NCBI GenBank assembly: GCA_038214535.1
Contig: JBBQRS010000001.1
Location: forward strand, 32,620-96,619
DNA length: 64,000 nucleotides
DNA from: Anaerolineae bacterium
GTDB lineage: Bacteria; Chloroflexota; Anaerolineae; CG2-30-64-16
Direction: 5' to 3'
Shown piece after piece: positions 1-10,626 of this stretch. A program made the position numbers and the translations under genes. Below the pieces are notes generated by a model. The model ran no database searches. It was not told the DNA's origin and was given only the letters and a program-made list of their open reading frames with translations. Each line of letters starts with the position of its first letter. The first letter of the stretch is position 1.

Positions 1-3000
1 CCGTGCGTGACGACGTTGACCAGATCCGCCGTCATGCGTTGCAGGGGGTGGCTCGAAACGTATACGCCGACCAATTCTTTCTCCCATTCGAGGATTTCTT
101 TGGGGTTGACCTCTTTGCCCGTAGGCAAGGCCGCCAACAAATCGCCCGCGTCTACGGCGCCGCCGCCGAACAGCCCCATCTGCCCGACCTCTTCCGCCTC
201 GTGAACCTGTACGCTTGCGCCCAGGATGCGATCCATGGCGGCGAGCAACTGACTACGCTCGCCGAACGCATCGAGCGCGCCGACTTTGATGAGACATTCC
301 AGCCCGCGCCGGTTGACCTGGCGCAGGTCCACGCGCTCCGCGAAATCGGCCAACGACGCGAAGCGCCGGTCGCCGCGCCCGCGCAACACCGTCTCAACGG
401 GGCCTTCACCGACGTTCTTGATCGCGTCCAACCCCATGCGGATGGCCGCGCCTTCTTCCACCGGGAAGGCAAACGTCGTGAGTTGCGCCGGCGCTTTGCG
501 CCCGGCGGGCAGGCGCTCGATGGTGAAACTGTTGGCGCTGACGTTCACATCGGGCGGCAACACTTCCATCCCCATGCGCCGGCACTCCGCAATCAGCAGG
601 CCCACCTTTTCCGTGTCGTGCCGCTCAACCGTGAGCAGCGCCGCCATGTACTCGGCGGGATAATAGGCTTTGAGGTAGCCGGTCTGCGCGACGATCACGG
701 CGTAGTCGGCGGTGTGCGCCCGGTTGAAGCCATAACGCGCGAAGCCCATCAGCGCGTCCCAGATCTTGTCGGCTTCGGCGTGCGAAAGGTTCGATTTCTT
801 CTTCGCGCCCTTCGCGAAAATATCCCGGTGCTCGTCGAGGACCTTCTTGGCCTTCTTGCTGATGCCGCGCCGCACCAGGTCGGCCTCGCCCGTAGTGTAA
901 CCCGCGATGTCGGTGAGAATCTGGATGACTTGCTCCTGGTAGACGCAGACGCCCATCGTCTCGGCCAGGATCGGCTCCAGCAGCGGGTGATCGTATTGCG
1001 GCTTCTTTTCGCCGTGCAGGACGCTGATATATTCCGGGATGAACTCCATCGGGCCGGGGCGATAGAGCGCGATGGTGGCCCCGATGTGCTCGAACTCGCT
1101 GGGGCGTAGTTCCATCAGGACGCGGCGCATCCCCGCGCCTTCCACCTGGAACACCCCCATCACGTCGCCGCTGGTGAGGAGTTCGTAAGTCTTCGGGTCT
1201 TCCAGCGGGATATTGTCGAGCGTGTACTCGATGCCGTGGCGCTCGCGGATGAGCCGCGTGGCCTCGCGCATCAGGGTCAGCGTGGCAAGGCCCAGGAAGT
1301 CAATCTTGAGCAGCCCGATGGATTCGAGGATCGGGAACTCATACTGCGTCACCGTGTCCGTGATGGCCGATTTGGGCGGGCGCATCAGGGGCGTGTAGTT
1401 GATGAGCGGCTTATCGGCGACGATAACCGCCGCGGCGTGGATCGAGCTGTGGCGCGCTACGCCTTCCAGATGGCTGGCCGTATCGAGCAACTCCTTCACA
1501 TACTCCTGGTCATCATACGCCTGGCGCAACTCGGCGGAGTAGAATTCGTGGCCGTCCGTCAAGACGTCTTTGATGGTCACCGGTTTGCCGGGGATGGCCG
1601 GGATCATCTTCGCCAGCCGGTCTACGTCGGGAAGCGGGATATCCATGGCCCGGCCGATATCGCGCACCGCCGCGCGCGCCTTCATGCGCCCGAATGTGAC
1701 GACCTGCGCCACTTGCTCCTGTCCGTATTTCGCGATGGTGTAGCGGATCAATTCTTCGCGCTGATCGTCGGGGAAATCGAGGTCGAAGTCGGGCATGGTG
1801 ACGCGCCCGGGGTTGAGGAAGCGTTCGAAGATCAGCTTGTTGCGCAATGGGTCGAGCGTGGTGATGCCGGTCGCATAGGCCACGATCGAGCCGGCGCCGG
1901 AACCGCGCACGTTCCACCAAATACCGCGCTGCTTGGCGTACATGCACAGATCCCACACGATGAGGAAATAGACGTCGAACCCCATCTCGTGGATGATCTC
2001 AAGTTCATGCTCGGTGCGGGCCAGCACTTCGGGGTCATCCGCGCGGTCGTTGTAACGGCGCTTCAGCCCCTCCATCGTCAGGTGGCGCAGATAAGTCTGG
2101 TAGTCGTAGCCTTCGGGAATCGGATAATCCGGCAGGTGATATTGGCCTTCCTCCAGATTCACGTCGCACATCTCGGCGATCTTGAGCGTATTGGTGAAGG
2201 CGCTGTCGGGCAGGTCGGCCAGCGGCAGGAACGTCTGGCGCATTTGCGCCGCGTCCTTCAGGAAGTAGGTCGCGCCCGACATGCGCATCCGCTCCGCCTG
2301 GCTCACCAGCGAAGAGGTTTGCACGCAGAGCAGCACGTCGTGCGGGTTGGCGTCTTCCTCTTTGACGTAATGCACGTCGTTTGTGACGACCATCGGGATG
2401 TCGTATTGTTTGGCCCAGGCGAAGAGGTGTTTGTTGACCTGGGTCAACTCCGGGATGTCGTGCTCCTGGAACTCGACGTACCAACGGTCTTTGCCGAACA
2501 CCTGCTGATACCATTGGAGCCGTTCGAGCGCCTGGCGCTCGTTGCCCTTCTTCAATAGCGTCGGCAGTTCCGAGGCCAGACAACCCGACGTGCAAATCAG
2601 CCCCTCGCTGTTGGCGGCCAGATAGTCGGCGTCAATCCGCGGCCGGTAATAGTAGCCGTCCATCTGCGCGGTGCTGCAAATTTTCAGCAAGTTGCGATAG
2701 CCCGTCATGTTCTCGGCCAGCAACAGCAGGTGATAGCGACTGCGGTCCTGCTCCGGGTCGCGCCCGCCCATCGGCCGGCCAAACGTCGTCAGGTAGGCTT
2801 CGACGCCGATCAACGGCTTGACCCCGGCCTGCCGTGCATAGCGCGAAAACTCGACGGCCCCGTGCATTACCCCGTGATCGGTCAGCGCGAGCGCGGGCTG
2901 CCCCAGTTCTGCGGCGCGCTTCGCCAGCGCGCCGGTGCGCCCCAGGCCATCGAGGAGCGAATATTCGCTGTGTACGTGCAGGTGGACAAAATCATCGGTC

Positions 3001-3002
3001 AT
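1..3002 (-). CDS. dnaE: DNA polymerase III subunit alpha (DnaE1 type), runs off the left edge
   Basis: Not in the ORF track because it has no stop in the window. Manual minus-strand translation from ATG at 3002 gives [21 protein letters not shown] (PHP domain), then [32 protein letters not shown] and GVYVSSHPL; the first and last codons share a frame. Confidence 0.96.
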   Translation of the reverse strand, partial: MTDDFVHLHVHSEYSLLDGLGRTGALAKRAAELGQPALALTDHGVMHGAVEFSRYARQAGVKPLIGVEAYLTTFGRPMGGRDPEQDRSRYHLLLLAENMTGYRNLLKICSTAQMDGYYYRPRIDADYLAANSEGLICTSGCLASELPTLLKKGNERQALERLQWYQQVFGKDRWYVEFQEHDIPELTQVNKHLFAWAKQYDIPMVVTNDVHYVKEEDANPHDVLLCVQTSSLVSQAERMRMSGATYFLKDAAQMRQTFLPLADLPDSAFTNTLKIAEMCDVNLEEGQYHLPDYPIPEGYDYQTYLRHLTMEGLKRRYNDRADDPEVLARTEHELEIIHEMGFDVYFLIVWDLCMYAKQRGIWWNVRGSGAGSIVAYATGITTLDPLRNKLIFERFLNPGRVTMPDFDLDFPDDQREELIRYTIAKYGQEQVAQVVTFGRMKARAAVRDIGRAMDIPLPDVDRLAKMIPAIPGKPVTIKDVLTDGHEFYSAELRQAYDDQEYVKELLDTASHLEGVARHSSIHAAAVIVADKPLINYTPLMRPPKSAITDTVTQYEFPILESIGLLKIDFLGLATLTLMREATRLIRERHGIEYTLDNIPLEDPKTYELLTSGDVMGVFQVEGAGMRRVLMELRPSEFEHIGATIALYRPGPMEFIPEYISVLHGEKKPQYDHPLLEPILAETMGVCVYQEQVIQILTDIAGYTTGEADLVRRGISKKAKKVLDEHRDIFAKGAKKKSNLSHAEADKIWDALMGFARYGFNRAHTADYAVIVAQTGYLKAYYPAEYMAALLTVERHDTEKVGLLIAECRRMGMEVLPPDVNVSANSFTIERLPAGRKAPAQLTTFAFPVEEGAAIRMGLDAIKNVGEGPVETVLRGRGDRRFASLADFAERVDLRQVNRRGLECLIKVGALDAFGERSQLLAAMDRILGASVQVHEAEEVGQMGLFGGGAVDAGDLLAALPTGKEVNPKEILEWEKELVGVYVSSHPLQRMTADLVNVVTH

Positions 3003-3068
3003 GGCGACTCGCGTAAAGAAGTATTTTTGAGACGATGTACGGGGTTGCTTACAGCGCCGCGCCCCTCG

Positions 3069-3077
3069 ATTATAGCA
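3069..3077 (-). promoter_or_regulatory. Extended -10 promoter (TGCTATAAT) proximal to dnaE
   Basis: Plus-strand attatagca reads TGcTATAAT on minus, about 65 nt upstream of the dnaE ATG. Confidence 0.55.
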
Positions 3078-3130
3078 CGGTGTCGGCTCTGATGCGAAGC
3101 CGGATTCGTTACTTTGTTGCCGACGACGAT

Positions 3131-3160
3131 ATTATACATCCGAACGCGTGTTCTTATCAA
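3131..3160 (-). promoter_or_regulatory. sigma70-type promoter of dnaE with a LexA (SOS) box GAAC-N4-GTTC in the spacer
   Basis: Minus strand TTGATA-18 bp-TATAAT with GAACGCGTGTTC at 3142-3153, the same architecture as the lexA promoter at 53063-53091. Confidence 0.75.
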
Positions 3161-3178
3161 TACCCAACTTCAGCGCGC

Positions 3179-3287
3179 GTAACTATCCAGCGTTGGGTTG
3201 AGCAAGCGTAGTTTACCCCTTGTGGGCGTCGCGCGACGCCCACAAGGGGTAAACTACAAGCGTCGTGGGGCAACACTGAACAGTTAC
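3179..3287. mobile_element. MITE-like element with imperfect terminal inverted repeats enclosing a REPIN
   Basis: Left end GTAACTATCCAGCGTTG matches the reverse complement of the right end (GTAACTGTTCAGTGTTG) at 14/17; it contains REP pair 3208-3257; the right end CTGAACAGTTAC recurs at 52981-52992. Confidence 0.45.
3208..3257. repeat. REP/REPIN family A (GTAG...CCCCTTGTGGGCG / CGCCCACAAGGGG...CTAC)
   Basis: Perfect long palindrome; related copies at 10557, 12038, 16026, 47825 and 52924. Confidence 0.85.
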
Positions 3288-3294
3288 CCGCGCG

Positions 3295-3323
3295 TTGACT
3301 TTCCGCACCGGGCAAGGTAGAAT
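3295..3323 (+). promoter_or_regulatory. sigma70-type promoter for the small ORF-polA-argS unit
   Basis: TTGACT-17 bp-TAGAAT, 40 nt upstream of the ATG at 3363. Confidence 0.65.
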
Positions 3324-3362
3324 GCGACGTAATTGAGGGAATTGACGCGGTTGGAGATTAGC

Positions 3363-3602
3363 ATGGCAAGTTATCGCCCCTATATGTGGAAGCCCACGGA
3401 AGTCCTTGAAGTCACCAACGTCAGTGATGAGAACATCTTGCTGGAGTTGGATAGCGGCCTGCTGCGCCTCGATAAGGGCCGTATGCTGCGTATGACGGCT
3501 TCCGTGATGGAAAACCTTGAAATCGTCCGGCTGGCGAATATTGGCAAACTGAAAGTGGATACCTACCGGAAGAAGAGCCGGTTTCCGAAACTGAACCTCT
3601 GA
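3363..3602 (+). CDS. Small hypothetical protein (79 aa) translationally coupled to polA
   Basis: GGAG SD before ATG 3363; its TGA stop overlaps the polA ATG (TGATG); promoter directly upstream. Confidence 0.7.
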   Translation: MASYRPYMWKPTEVLEVTNVSDENILLELDSGLLRLDKGRMLRMTASVMENLEIVRLANIGKLKVDTYRKKSRFPKLNL

Positions 3603-6457
3603 TGGCTGATCCCAAGCTGGTCCTGATTGACGGCCATAGTCTCGCCTTTCGGGCTTTCCACGCGCTGCCCCCCACACTGACCGCCCCAGGCGGTGAACTG
3701 ACGAACGCCGTCTTTGGCTTCACCTCGATGCTGCTGAACGTGCTGCGCGAGCAGCAGCCGGAATACGTCGCGGTGGCCTTCGATGTCGGCAGGACTTTCC
3801 GCGACGACATTTACGCCGACTACAAAGGGCACCGCGAACGGATGCCCGATGAGTTGCGTACGCAAATCGAGCGGATCAAGCAGGTTGTCGAGGCCCTCAA
3901 CATCCCCATCTTCACAGCCGACGGCTATGAGGCCGACGATGTGTTGGCGACCCTGGCGCGCCAGGCGGCCGCGCAGGACGTGGACACGATGATCGTCACC
4001 GGTGACCGGGATATATTGCAGGTGGTGGACGAGGATATCAGCGTCCTCACGTCGGGCCGCGTGTTTTCCGATACGATCATCTACACGCCGGAATCGGTGG
4101 CCGAGAAATATGGCCTACGTCCCGACCAACTGGTAGACCTCAAGGCGCTGGTCGGTGACAAGTCGGACAACATCCCCGGCGTGTACGGCATCGGTGAGAA
4201 GGGCGCGACCAACCTGCTCCAGAAATACGAGACGCTGGATAGTGTCTATGAGCATCTGGCGGAAGTAAAACCCGACCGGACGCGGACGGCGCTCGAACAG
4301 GGCTGGGATTCCGCCGAGATGAGCCGCAAGCTGGGGCGCATCATCACCGATGTGCCGATCCAGCTTGACCTGCCGGCCTGCCGCACGCGTGACTATGATC
4401 GGGCGCAGGTGGTGGACCTGTTCCAGGAACTGGCGTTCCGTTCGTTATTGGCCCGGCTGCCCCAGCCCGTGGACGATACTCCTGTGGAAGAAGCCGCTGC
4501 GCCGGAACCTGTCTCCGACGATCCGCAAATGACGCTGTTTCCGGGTGAGGTCACTGTCGTCACGACGCAGGTCAAGCTTGTTGTGCCTGTGGTGGGCGAC
4601 GCCGATGGTGAATCGCGCCTCGTGACGGACACAGAGGCGCTGACTGAGGTTGTGGCCAACCTGATGCACGCGCCGATGTTGGCGTTCGACACGGAGACGA
4701 CGAGTACTGATCCGCATTCCGCGGAACTGGTTGGCCTGGCGGTGGCGTGGGGGCCGACCCGCGCGCAGGCCGCGTATATCGCTCTCAAGCATCCCGATGT
4801 GGAGGGCTTGAACTGGGAGACCGTCCGTGCGACCCTGCAACCGGCCTTTGCGCGCGCCGATATTGACATGGCGGCCCACAACGCCGGATACGACCTCGCC
4901 ATGCTCAACCGCTATGGGCTGCATATCGGCGGGCGGCTGGTAGACACCATGGTGGCCGCGTTCCTGCTGGAGCCGGGCAGCCGCGAGTTGGGGCTGAAGG
5001 ATCAGGTCTTCACCCGCCTGAAAACTGAGATGACACCGATTACGGCGCTGATCGGGACCGGCCGCGACCAGATCACGATGGATCAGGTGCCCGCGGCCCA
5101 GGCCGGGCCATATGCCGCCGCCGACGCCGCGATGACGCTGGGGTTGGCGCAGGTACTGCTGCCCGAACTGGAGGAGAAAGGGCTGACCTTGCTCTTCCGC
5201 GATGTCGAGATGCCGCTGACTCCGGTGCTGGTCACGATGGAGGCCACGGGAATCAAGCTCGACGTGCCGTATCTCACCGATATGTCGAAAGTGATGCGGG
5301 CGCGTCTGGGGGATATCGAGCGGGAGATCCAGGAGATCGCGGGATACGGCTTCAACGTTAATTCCACGCAGCAACTTTCGGAGGTACTTTTCGGCAAGCT
5401 GGGCCTGCCCACCGAAGGACTGCGGAAGACCAAAGCCGGTTCATACAGCACGTCGGCGGACGTCCTGGAAGGTTTGCGCGGCCGCCACGAGATCGTGAAC
5501 CTGATCCTCGAGCAGCGCCAATTCAGCAAGCTGGTCAGTACCTATGTAGACGCGCTGCCCGCGATGGTCAACCCGCGCACGGGCCGCCTGCACACCTCCT
5601 TCAACCAGGGCGGTTCAGAGACGGGGCGGATCAGTTCCAGCGCGCCCAACTTGCAGAACATCCCCATTCGCACGGAGGCGGGCCGCGAGATTCGGCGGGC
5701 GTTCGTGGCCGAGGACGGCTGGTTGCTGCTCTCCGCCGATTACTCGCAGGTAGAGCTGCGCATCCTGGCGCACATCTCCCAGGACGAGTATCTGTTGGCG
5801 GCGTTCGCGCGCGGCGAGGATATTCACGCCAGCGCGGCCTCGAAGGTCTACGGCATCCCGCTGAGCCAGGTCAACAAGGAACAGCGCGATGTCGCCAAGA
5901 TGATGAACTTCGCCACGTCATACGGCGTCAGCGCGTTCGGTCTGGCGCAGCGCACCGGGCTTTCGCAAAGCGACGCCGGGCAGTTCATGGAGCGCTATTT
6001 TGCCACGTATCCTGGCGTCAAGCGTTATCTCGATCAGACGCGCGTCGAGGCGCGCGAACGGGGCTATGTGGAGACGCTGCTGGGCCGGCGACGCTACTTC
6101 CCGATCCTCCAGACCAATCTCACCGGCCAGAATGTCTATAATCTGCGCCAGGCCGCCGAACGCGCCGCTATCAACCACCCGATCCAGGGCACGGCGGCGG
6201 ATATCATCAAGATCGCCATGATCAACTTGCAGCGCGCCCTGATCGAGGGCGGCTTTCGCGCGCGCATGGTGTTACAGGTGCATGATGAGTTGGTGCTCGA
6301 AACGCCGGCCGAGGAGTTGGACGCCGTTTCCCGGCTGGTCGAAGAGATCATGGAGAACGCCTTCCAACTGGACGCGCGCCTGAAGGTGGACATGGAAGCC
6401 GGTCCCAACTGGTACGAACAATTTCCCATCGCGCATTCCCCGGACGGGGATCTTTGA
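3602..6457 (+). CDS. polA: DNA polymerase I
   Basis: 5'-3' exonuclease LIDGHSLAFRAFHA, 3'-5' exonuclease AFDTET, polymerase motifs ADYSQVELRILAH and LQVHDEL. Confidence 0.98.
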   Translation: MADPKLVLIDGHSLAFRAFHALPPTLTAPGGELTNAVFGFTSMLLNVLREQQPEYVAVAFDVGRTFRDDIYADYKGHRERMPDELRTQIERIKQVVEALNIPIFTADGYEADDVLATLARQAAAQDVDTMIVTGDRDILQVVDEDISVLTSGRVFSDTIIYTPESVAEKYGLRPDQLVDLKALVGDKSDNIPGVYGIGEKGATNLLQKYETLDSVYEHLAEVKPDRTRTALEQGWDSAEMSRKLGRIITDVPIQLDLPACRTRDYDRAQVVDLFQELAFRSLLARLPQPVDDTPVEEAAAPEPVSDDPQMTLFPGEVTVVTTQVKLVVPVVGDADGESRLVTDTEALTEVVANLMHAPMLAFDTETTSTDPHSAELVGLAVAWGPTRAQAAYIALKHPDVEGLNWETVRATLQPAFARADIDMAAHNAGYDLAMLNRYGLHIGGRLVDTMVAAFLLEPGSRELGLKDQVFTRLKTEMTPITALIGTGRDQITMDQVPAAQAGPYAAADAAMTLGLAQVLLPELEEKGLTLLFRDVEMPLTPVLVTMEATGIKLDVPYLTDMSKVMRARLGDIEREIQEIAGYGFNVNSTQQLSEVLFGKLGLPTEGLRKTKAGSYSTSADVLEGLRGRHEIVNLILEQRQFSKLVSTYVDALPAMVNPRTGRLHTSFNQGGSETGRISSSAPNLQNIPIRTEAGREIRRAFVAEDGWLLLSADYSQVELRILAHISQDEYLLAAFARGEDIHASAASKVYGIPLSQVNKEQRDVAKMMNFATSYGVSAFGLAQRTGLSQSDAGQFMERYFATYPGVKRYLDQTRVEARERGYVETLLGRRRYFPILQTNLTGQNVYNLRQAAERAAINHPIQGTAADIIKIAMINLQRALIEGGFRARMVLQVHDELVLETPAEELDAVSRLVEEIMENAFQLDARLKVDMEAGPNWYEQFPIAHSPDGDL

Positions 6458-6473
6458 AGAAGGATAAGCCATC

Positions 6474-8153
6474 GTGATCCGTGATGATATTGCCGCGCTG
6501 ATTGCCTGCGCCGTCGCCGATGCCCAACAGGCTGGCGAGTTGCCCGCGTACGACGTGCCCCCCATCGAGATCGGGCGGCCCCGAGATCCGGCGCACGGCG
6601 ACTACACCTCGTCGGTCGCCATGCAGTCGGCGCGCGGCGCGCGTATGGCTCCGCTCGCCATCGCGAAGATCATCGCCGATCACATCGGGCAGGCCGATTA
6701 TCTGGCGGGGGTCGAGGTTGCGCCGCCCGGCTTCATCAACCTGCGCCTGGATGAGGGCTGGCTGGCGCATCAGGTGGCGCGCATCGAGGCGGAAGGTGCG
6801 CAGTTCGGCGCGATCCAACTGGTAGACGATGAGACGTGTCAGGTCGAGTTCATCAGCGCGAACCCCACCGGCCCGATGCACGTGGGGTCGGCGCGCAACG
6901 CCGTGCTGGGCGATGCGCTCGCCAACGTGTTGGAGGCGGCAGGCTACCGCATCCAGCGCGAGTATTACGTCAATGATGGTGGCACGCAGATGCAGGTCTT
7001 CGCGGAGACGCTGTACCGGCGCTATTTGCAAGCCTTCGGGCAGGACGCGCCCCTGGAAGACAGGCACTATCGCGGAACCTATGTGGTCGAAATGGCGGAA
7101 AGCATCCGCGCCGAATATGGCGACCGCTTCCTGAACGTACCCGAAACTGAGGCCGTCGAGGCGCTGGGCGCGCTCGGCCTTAAAATGGTGATGGATGGCG
7201 TCAAGGCGTCGGTCGAGCGGCTACGGATTTATTTCGATAATTGGTACTCGGAGCGGGGTCTGTACGATCAGGGCGGCGTCTTCGAGGGCGTCATCAGGGA
7301 TTTGCGCGCCCGCGGCCTCACCGAGGTGCGCGACGGCGCGGAATGGCTGCGCACCAGTGAGCTGGGGTCAGACCGCGACGAGGTGTTGATCCGCTCTGAC
7401 GGCCGGCCGGGCTATTTCGCCTCTGATACGGCTTATCATTATGACAAGTTTGTGCTGCGCGGCTTCGACCGCGTGGTCAACGTCTGGGCGGTGGATCACC
7501 AGAACCAGGCGCGCCGGATGCCCTATCTGATGAAGGCTTTTGGGCTAGACCCTGAACGCCTCACCATCGTGCTTTACGATCTCGTGCGGCTCTACCGGGG
7601 TGGGCAGGAAGTGAAGTTGTCTAAGCGCAGCGGCGACATCATCACCGTGGATGAGGTGATAGATGAGGTTGGCGTGGACGCGGTGCGCTTCCTGCTGCTG
7701 ACGCGGGCCAACAACTCGGTGATGGATTTCGACCTCACGCTGGCCGTGCAACAGAACGACGAGAACCCGGTCTACTACGTGCAATACGCGCACGCGCGCA
7801 TGGCGAGCATCCTGCGCACCGCCGCCGAGCGCGGCTTCCCGCCGGAATGCTGGGCCGCGGGGGATCTGGACCTGATCCGGCACCCGTCCGAGCTGGCGCT
7901 GCTGCGAAAGATCCTCGAACTGCCCGATGTCATTGAAAAGAGCGCGCAACAACTCGCGCCGCATCATCTGGCGTTCTACGCGAGCGAGTTGGCGAGCGCG
8001 TTCCATGCCTTTTATCGAGACTGCCGCGTCATTTCGTCCGACCCGGCAGACGCCGAACTGACCTGTGCGCGGTTACGCCTGGTGGCGGCGACGAAGTCCG
8101 TCTTCGCGCGCGTCCTGGGCCTTCTCGGCGTGAATGCCCCCGAGAGCATGTAA
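6474..8153 (+). CDS. argS: Arginine--tRNA ligase
   Basis: VEFISANPTGPMHVGS (HIGH-like), KLSKRSG, YVQYAHAR and C-terminal APESM. Confidence 0.96.
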   Translation: MIRDDIAALIACAVADAQQAGELPAYDVPPIEIGRPRDPAHGDYTSSVAMQSARGARMAPLAIAKIIADHIGQADYLAGVEVAPPGFINLRLDEGWLAHQVARIEAEGAQFGAIQLVDDETCQVEFISANPTGPMHVGSARNAVLGDALANVLEAAGYRIQREYYVNDGGTQMQVFAETLYRRYLQAFGQDAPLEDRHYRGTYVVEMAESIRAEYGDRFLNVPETEAVEALGALGLKMVMDGVKASVERLRIYFDNWYSERGLYDQGGVFEGVIRDLRARGLTEVRDGAEWLRTSELGSDRDEVLIRSDGRPGYFASDTAYHYDKFVLRGFDRVVNVWAVDHQNQARRMPYLMKAFGLDPERLTIVLYDLVRLYRGGQEVKLSKRSGDIITVDEVIDEVGVDAVRFLLLTRANNSVMDFDLTLAVQQNDENPVYYVQYAHARMASILRTAAERGFPPECWAAGDLDLIRHPSELALLRKILELPDVIEKSAQQLAPHHLAFYASELASAFHAFYRDCRVISSDPADAELTCARLRLVAATKSVFARVLGLLGVNAPESM

Positions 8154-8201
8154 TTCCGGCAAACCGGGGCAACCACGAAGAACACATCAACGGAGAGACA
8201 G

Positions 8202-8990
8202 ATGCGCAATACAGAACCGCACGACCGGCCACTTAAAAGCTGGCGGTTGATTCTGCCGCTCACGCTGCTCTTGCTGGCGTCACTGGCGTGCGGCGGCTTT
8301 CAAGTCCGCGTCACGCCCACGGTGACGCCGCCATCCACTGAAACACCCGAAGCGGAACCGACGGCGACGATAGAGCTGCCAACTGCGACTGTGATACAGC
8401 CCGCTGAGACCGTCACGCCGACCGTCGAGGTCGCGCCGACCGCGCCGCCTGTGGCCGGGCTGGCCGTGGGCGGCACGGCGAAAATCAGCGCCGGCGGGGG
8501 GCTGAACGTGCGCGCAAAGGCCGCGAAGAACGCGAAACAGGTGGGGAAGCTCAATTCCGGCGCGGTGGTCACCCTGACCGCCGGACCCACAGAAGCTGAT
8601 GGGTTCACATGGTGGGAAGTAGACAACGGTAAGGACGTCAAGGGCTGGGTCGCCACCGGGCCGGCGTCCGATCCGTGGCTGAAGCCGGAAGCCCCGCCGC
8701 CGCCCTCAAGCGGTGAGACCGCTAGCACCGGCAAACTGGTCAACCGGCCCATCGTCCTGGGCGACCGCGTGCGCGTCACGACGCAGGGCAATCAGGTGCT
8801 GACCGTGCGTGAAGAGGCGGGCCTGGGCGCGGCCGCGTCTGCCCGCGTGGTCAAAGGAACCGAGTTTATGGTTCGCGGCGGCCCCGTCCGCGAAAACGAG
8901 ATGCTCTGGTGGCAACTCGAAAATGATAAGGTGAACGGGTGGGCCGCCGAGGGTCAGGGCGAAGATCGCTGGCTGACCCCGGTGGAGTAA
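8202..8990 (+). CDS. Lipoprotein with Pro/Thr linker and two bacterial SH3 domains
   Basis: Lipobox SLAC, PT-rich linker, LNVR...WW..GWV and LTVR...WW..GWA repeats. Confidence 0.75.
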   Translation: MRNTEPHDRPLKSWRLILPLTLLLLASLACGGFQVRVTPTVTPPSTETPEAEPTATIELPTATVIQPAETVTPTVEVAPTAPPVAGLAVGGTAKISAGGGLNVRAKAAKNAKQVGKLNSGAVVTLTAGPTEADGFTWWEVDNGKDVKGWVATGPASDPWLKPEAPPPPSSGETASTGKLVNRPIVLGDRVRVTTQGNQVLTVREEAGLGAAASARVVKGTEFMVRGGPVRENEMLWWQLENDKVNGWAAEGQGEDRWLTPVE

Positions 8991-9021
8991 GGATTCCCTT
9001 CGTAGCCTGACCGGCCACTTT

Positions 9022-9076
9022 GTAGTGACGGCTTCAGCCGTTCCAGCGTCAACACAACGGCTAAAGCCGTCACTAC
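9022..9076. repeat. REP/REPIN family B (GTAGTGACGGCTT[T/C]AGCCGTT inverted pair)
   Basis: Inverted pair between convergent genes; copies at 44123, 45940 and 54515, and a GGAG variant at 54401. Confidence 0.85.
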
Positions 9077-9090
9077 GAAGGCCGATCTTC

Positions 9091-10500
9091 CTAGAATTCG
9101 ACGCTATTGCCCCGTTCGGGCACGGTGACTGCGCGTACTCCCTCGCCCCGCAGCTTCTCCGCCAACACCAACGCGGCGCTCGGCTCGCCGTGCACCAGGA
9201 ACATATGTTGGAGCTTTCCGCGGTCGAAGTGGCGCGCCCACTCCAGCAACTCCGCCTGATCCGCGTGTGCGCTCAACCCTTCGATCGCGGCCACCCGCGC
9301 CTTCACGTCGTACATCTTGCCCATGATGCGCACGGGGCTTTCGCCGTCTTTGATGCGCCGGCCCAGCGTGTTTTGCGCCTGGAAGCCGACAAACAGGATG
9401 GTATTATCTTCGTCCTCGATGCTATGCTTCAAGTGGTGAAGGATCCGCCCGCCTTCAGCCATCCCGCTCGCGCTGATGATGATGGATGGGTCGGTGAGAT
9501 AATTAAGCTGCTTACTGCGGCGCGCATCGCGCACGTATTCGATCTGATCCGTCTCGAACGGATTGGCGCGTTTCTCTTCCGCCAGGAACTCCTGTACGTC
9601 GTCATCCCATTCTTCGGGGTGCAGGCGAAATACCTCCGTTGCATTGACGGCCAGCGGGCTGTCCACATAGACCGGTAACGAGGGAATGTCTCCCTCCGCT
9701 TCCATCGTGTTGATCGTGTAGACGACTTCTTGCGTGCGGCCTACGGCAAACGCCGGGATGACCAACTTGCCGCGGCGGCGCGCCGTGCTGCGGATGACGT
9801 CACGCGTCTCGCGACGTGCGTTTTCCATCGTGCCGTGCAGCCGGTCGCCGTAGGTGCTCTCCATGATTACGATGTCGGCGTCGGCGGGCGGATCGGCCAG
9901 CGGCTTGAGGATGGCGACCTCATCGCGGCCCACGTCGCCGCTGAAGACCACGCGCCACTGTTTGCCGGTGTCGAACTCGCGAATATCCAGCACCACAAAC
10001 GCCGCGCCCAGAATATGCGCCGCGTTGCGATAGGTGATCTCCACGCCGTCCATCACATGCACGGGCCGGTCGAACCCGATGCTGACAAACTGCTCCAGCG
10101 CGACCTGCGCGTCGGCTTTGGTGTAGATGGGCACAAGCGGGGGCTGGCCTTGCTTGACCAGTTTGCGGTTCAGGTAGGAGATGTCGCTCTCCTGGATGTG
10201 CCCGCTGTCTTGAAGCATGTAAGTGGAGAGGTTGCGCGTGGCGCTGGTACACCAGATGTTGCCCTTGAAGCCCTGTTTCACCAGGTTGGGCAGGTTTCCG
10301 GCGTGGTCAATGTGCGCGTGGCTCAATACCACTGCATCAATTTCGACCGGGTTGAACGGGAAATTGAGGTTGCGCTCATACGTCTCGTCGCGATGCCCCT
10401 GATATAGCCCGCATTCGAGCAGTAGCTTCTTTCCATTGACTTCGATGAGATGCATCGAACCGGTGACTTCCTGGGCGGCTCCAAGAAACGAGATACGCAT
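9091..10500 (-). CDS. MBL-fold beta-CASP RNA-metabolising metallohydrolase
   Basis: [37 protein letters not shown] and SAHADQ; start set at ATG 10500. Confidence 0.9.
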   Translation of the reverse strand: MRISFLGAAQEVTGSMHLIEVNGKKLLLECGLYQGHRDETYERNLNFPFNPVEIDAVVLSHAHIDHAGNLPNLVKQGFKGNIWCTSATRNLSTYMLQDSGHIQESDISYLNRKLVKQGQPPLVPIYTKADAQVALEQFVSIGFDRPVHVMDGVEITYRNAAHILGAAFVVLDIREFDTGKQWRVVFSGDVGRDEVAILKPLADPPADADIVIMESTYGDRLHGTMENARRETRDVIRSTARRRGKLVIPAFAVGRTQEVVYTINTMEAEGDIPSLPVYVDSPLAVNATEVFRLHPEEWDDDVQEFLAEEKRANPFETDQIEYVRDARRSKQLNYLTDPSIIISASGMAEGGRILHHLKHSIEDEDNTILFVGFQAQNTLGRRIKDGESPVRIMGKMYDVKARVAAIEGLSAHADQAELLEWARHFDRGKLQHMFLVHGEPSAALVLAEKLRGEGVRAVTVPERGNSVEF

Positions 10501-10556
10501 GACCTTTTCTTCCCTTCTTGCCGTGTCGGCGGCTGTGAGTGTTTGTAGAGAGTATC

Positions 10557-10612
10557 GTAGTGTAGCCCCTTGTGGGCGTCGTGCTTCATGCGCCCACAAG
10601 GGGCTACACTAC
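10557..10612. repeat. REPIN family A copy
   Basis: GTAGTGTAGCCCCTTGTGGGCG...CGCCCACAAGGGGCTACACTAC. Confidence 0.85.
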
Positions 10613-10626
10613 GGGCTAAAATAGTT

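Noticed and set aside
430-520. Roughly 20-aa insertion in DnaE ([22 protein letters not shown]) considered as an intein
   Set aside because: Far too short and lacks intein terminal residues; most likely a surface loop.
3-2558. Long plus-strand ORFs 3-1109 and 1236-2558
   Set aside because: Antisense shadows of dnaE caused by high-GC codon bias; no recognisable motifs.
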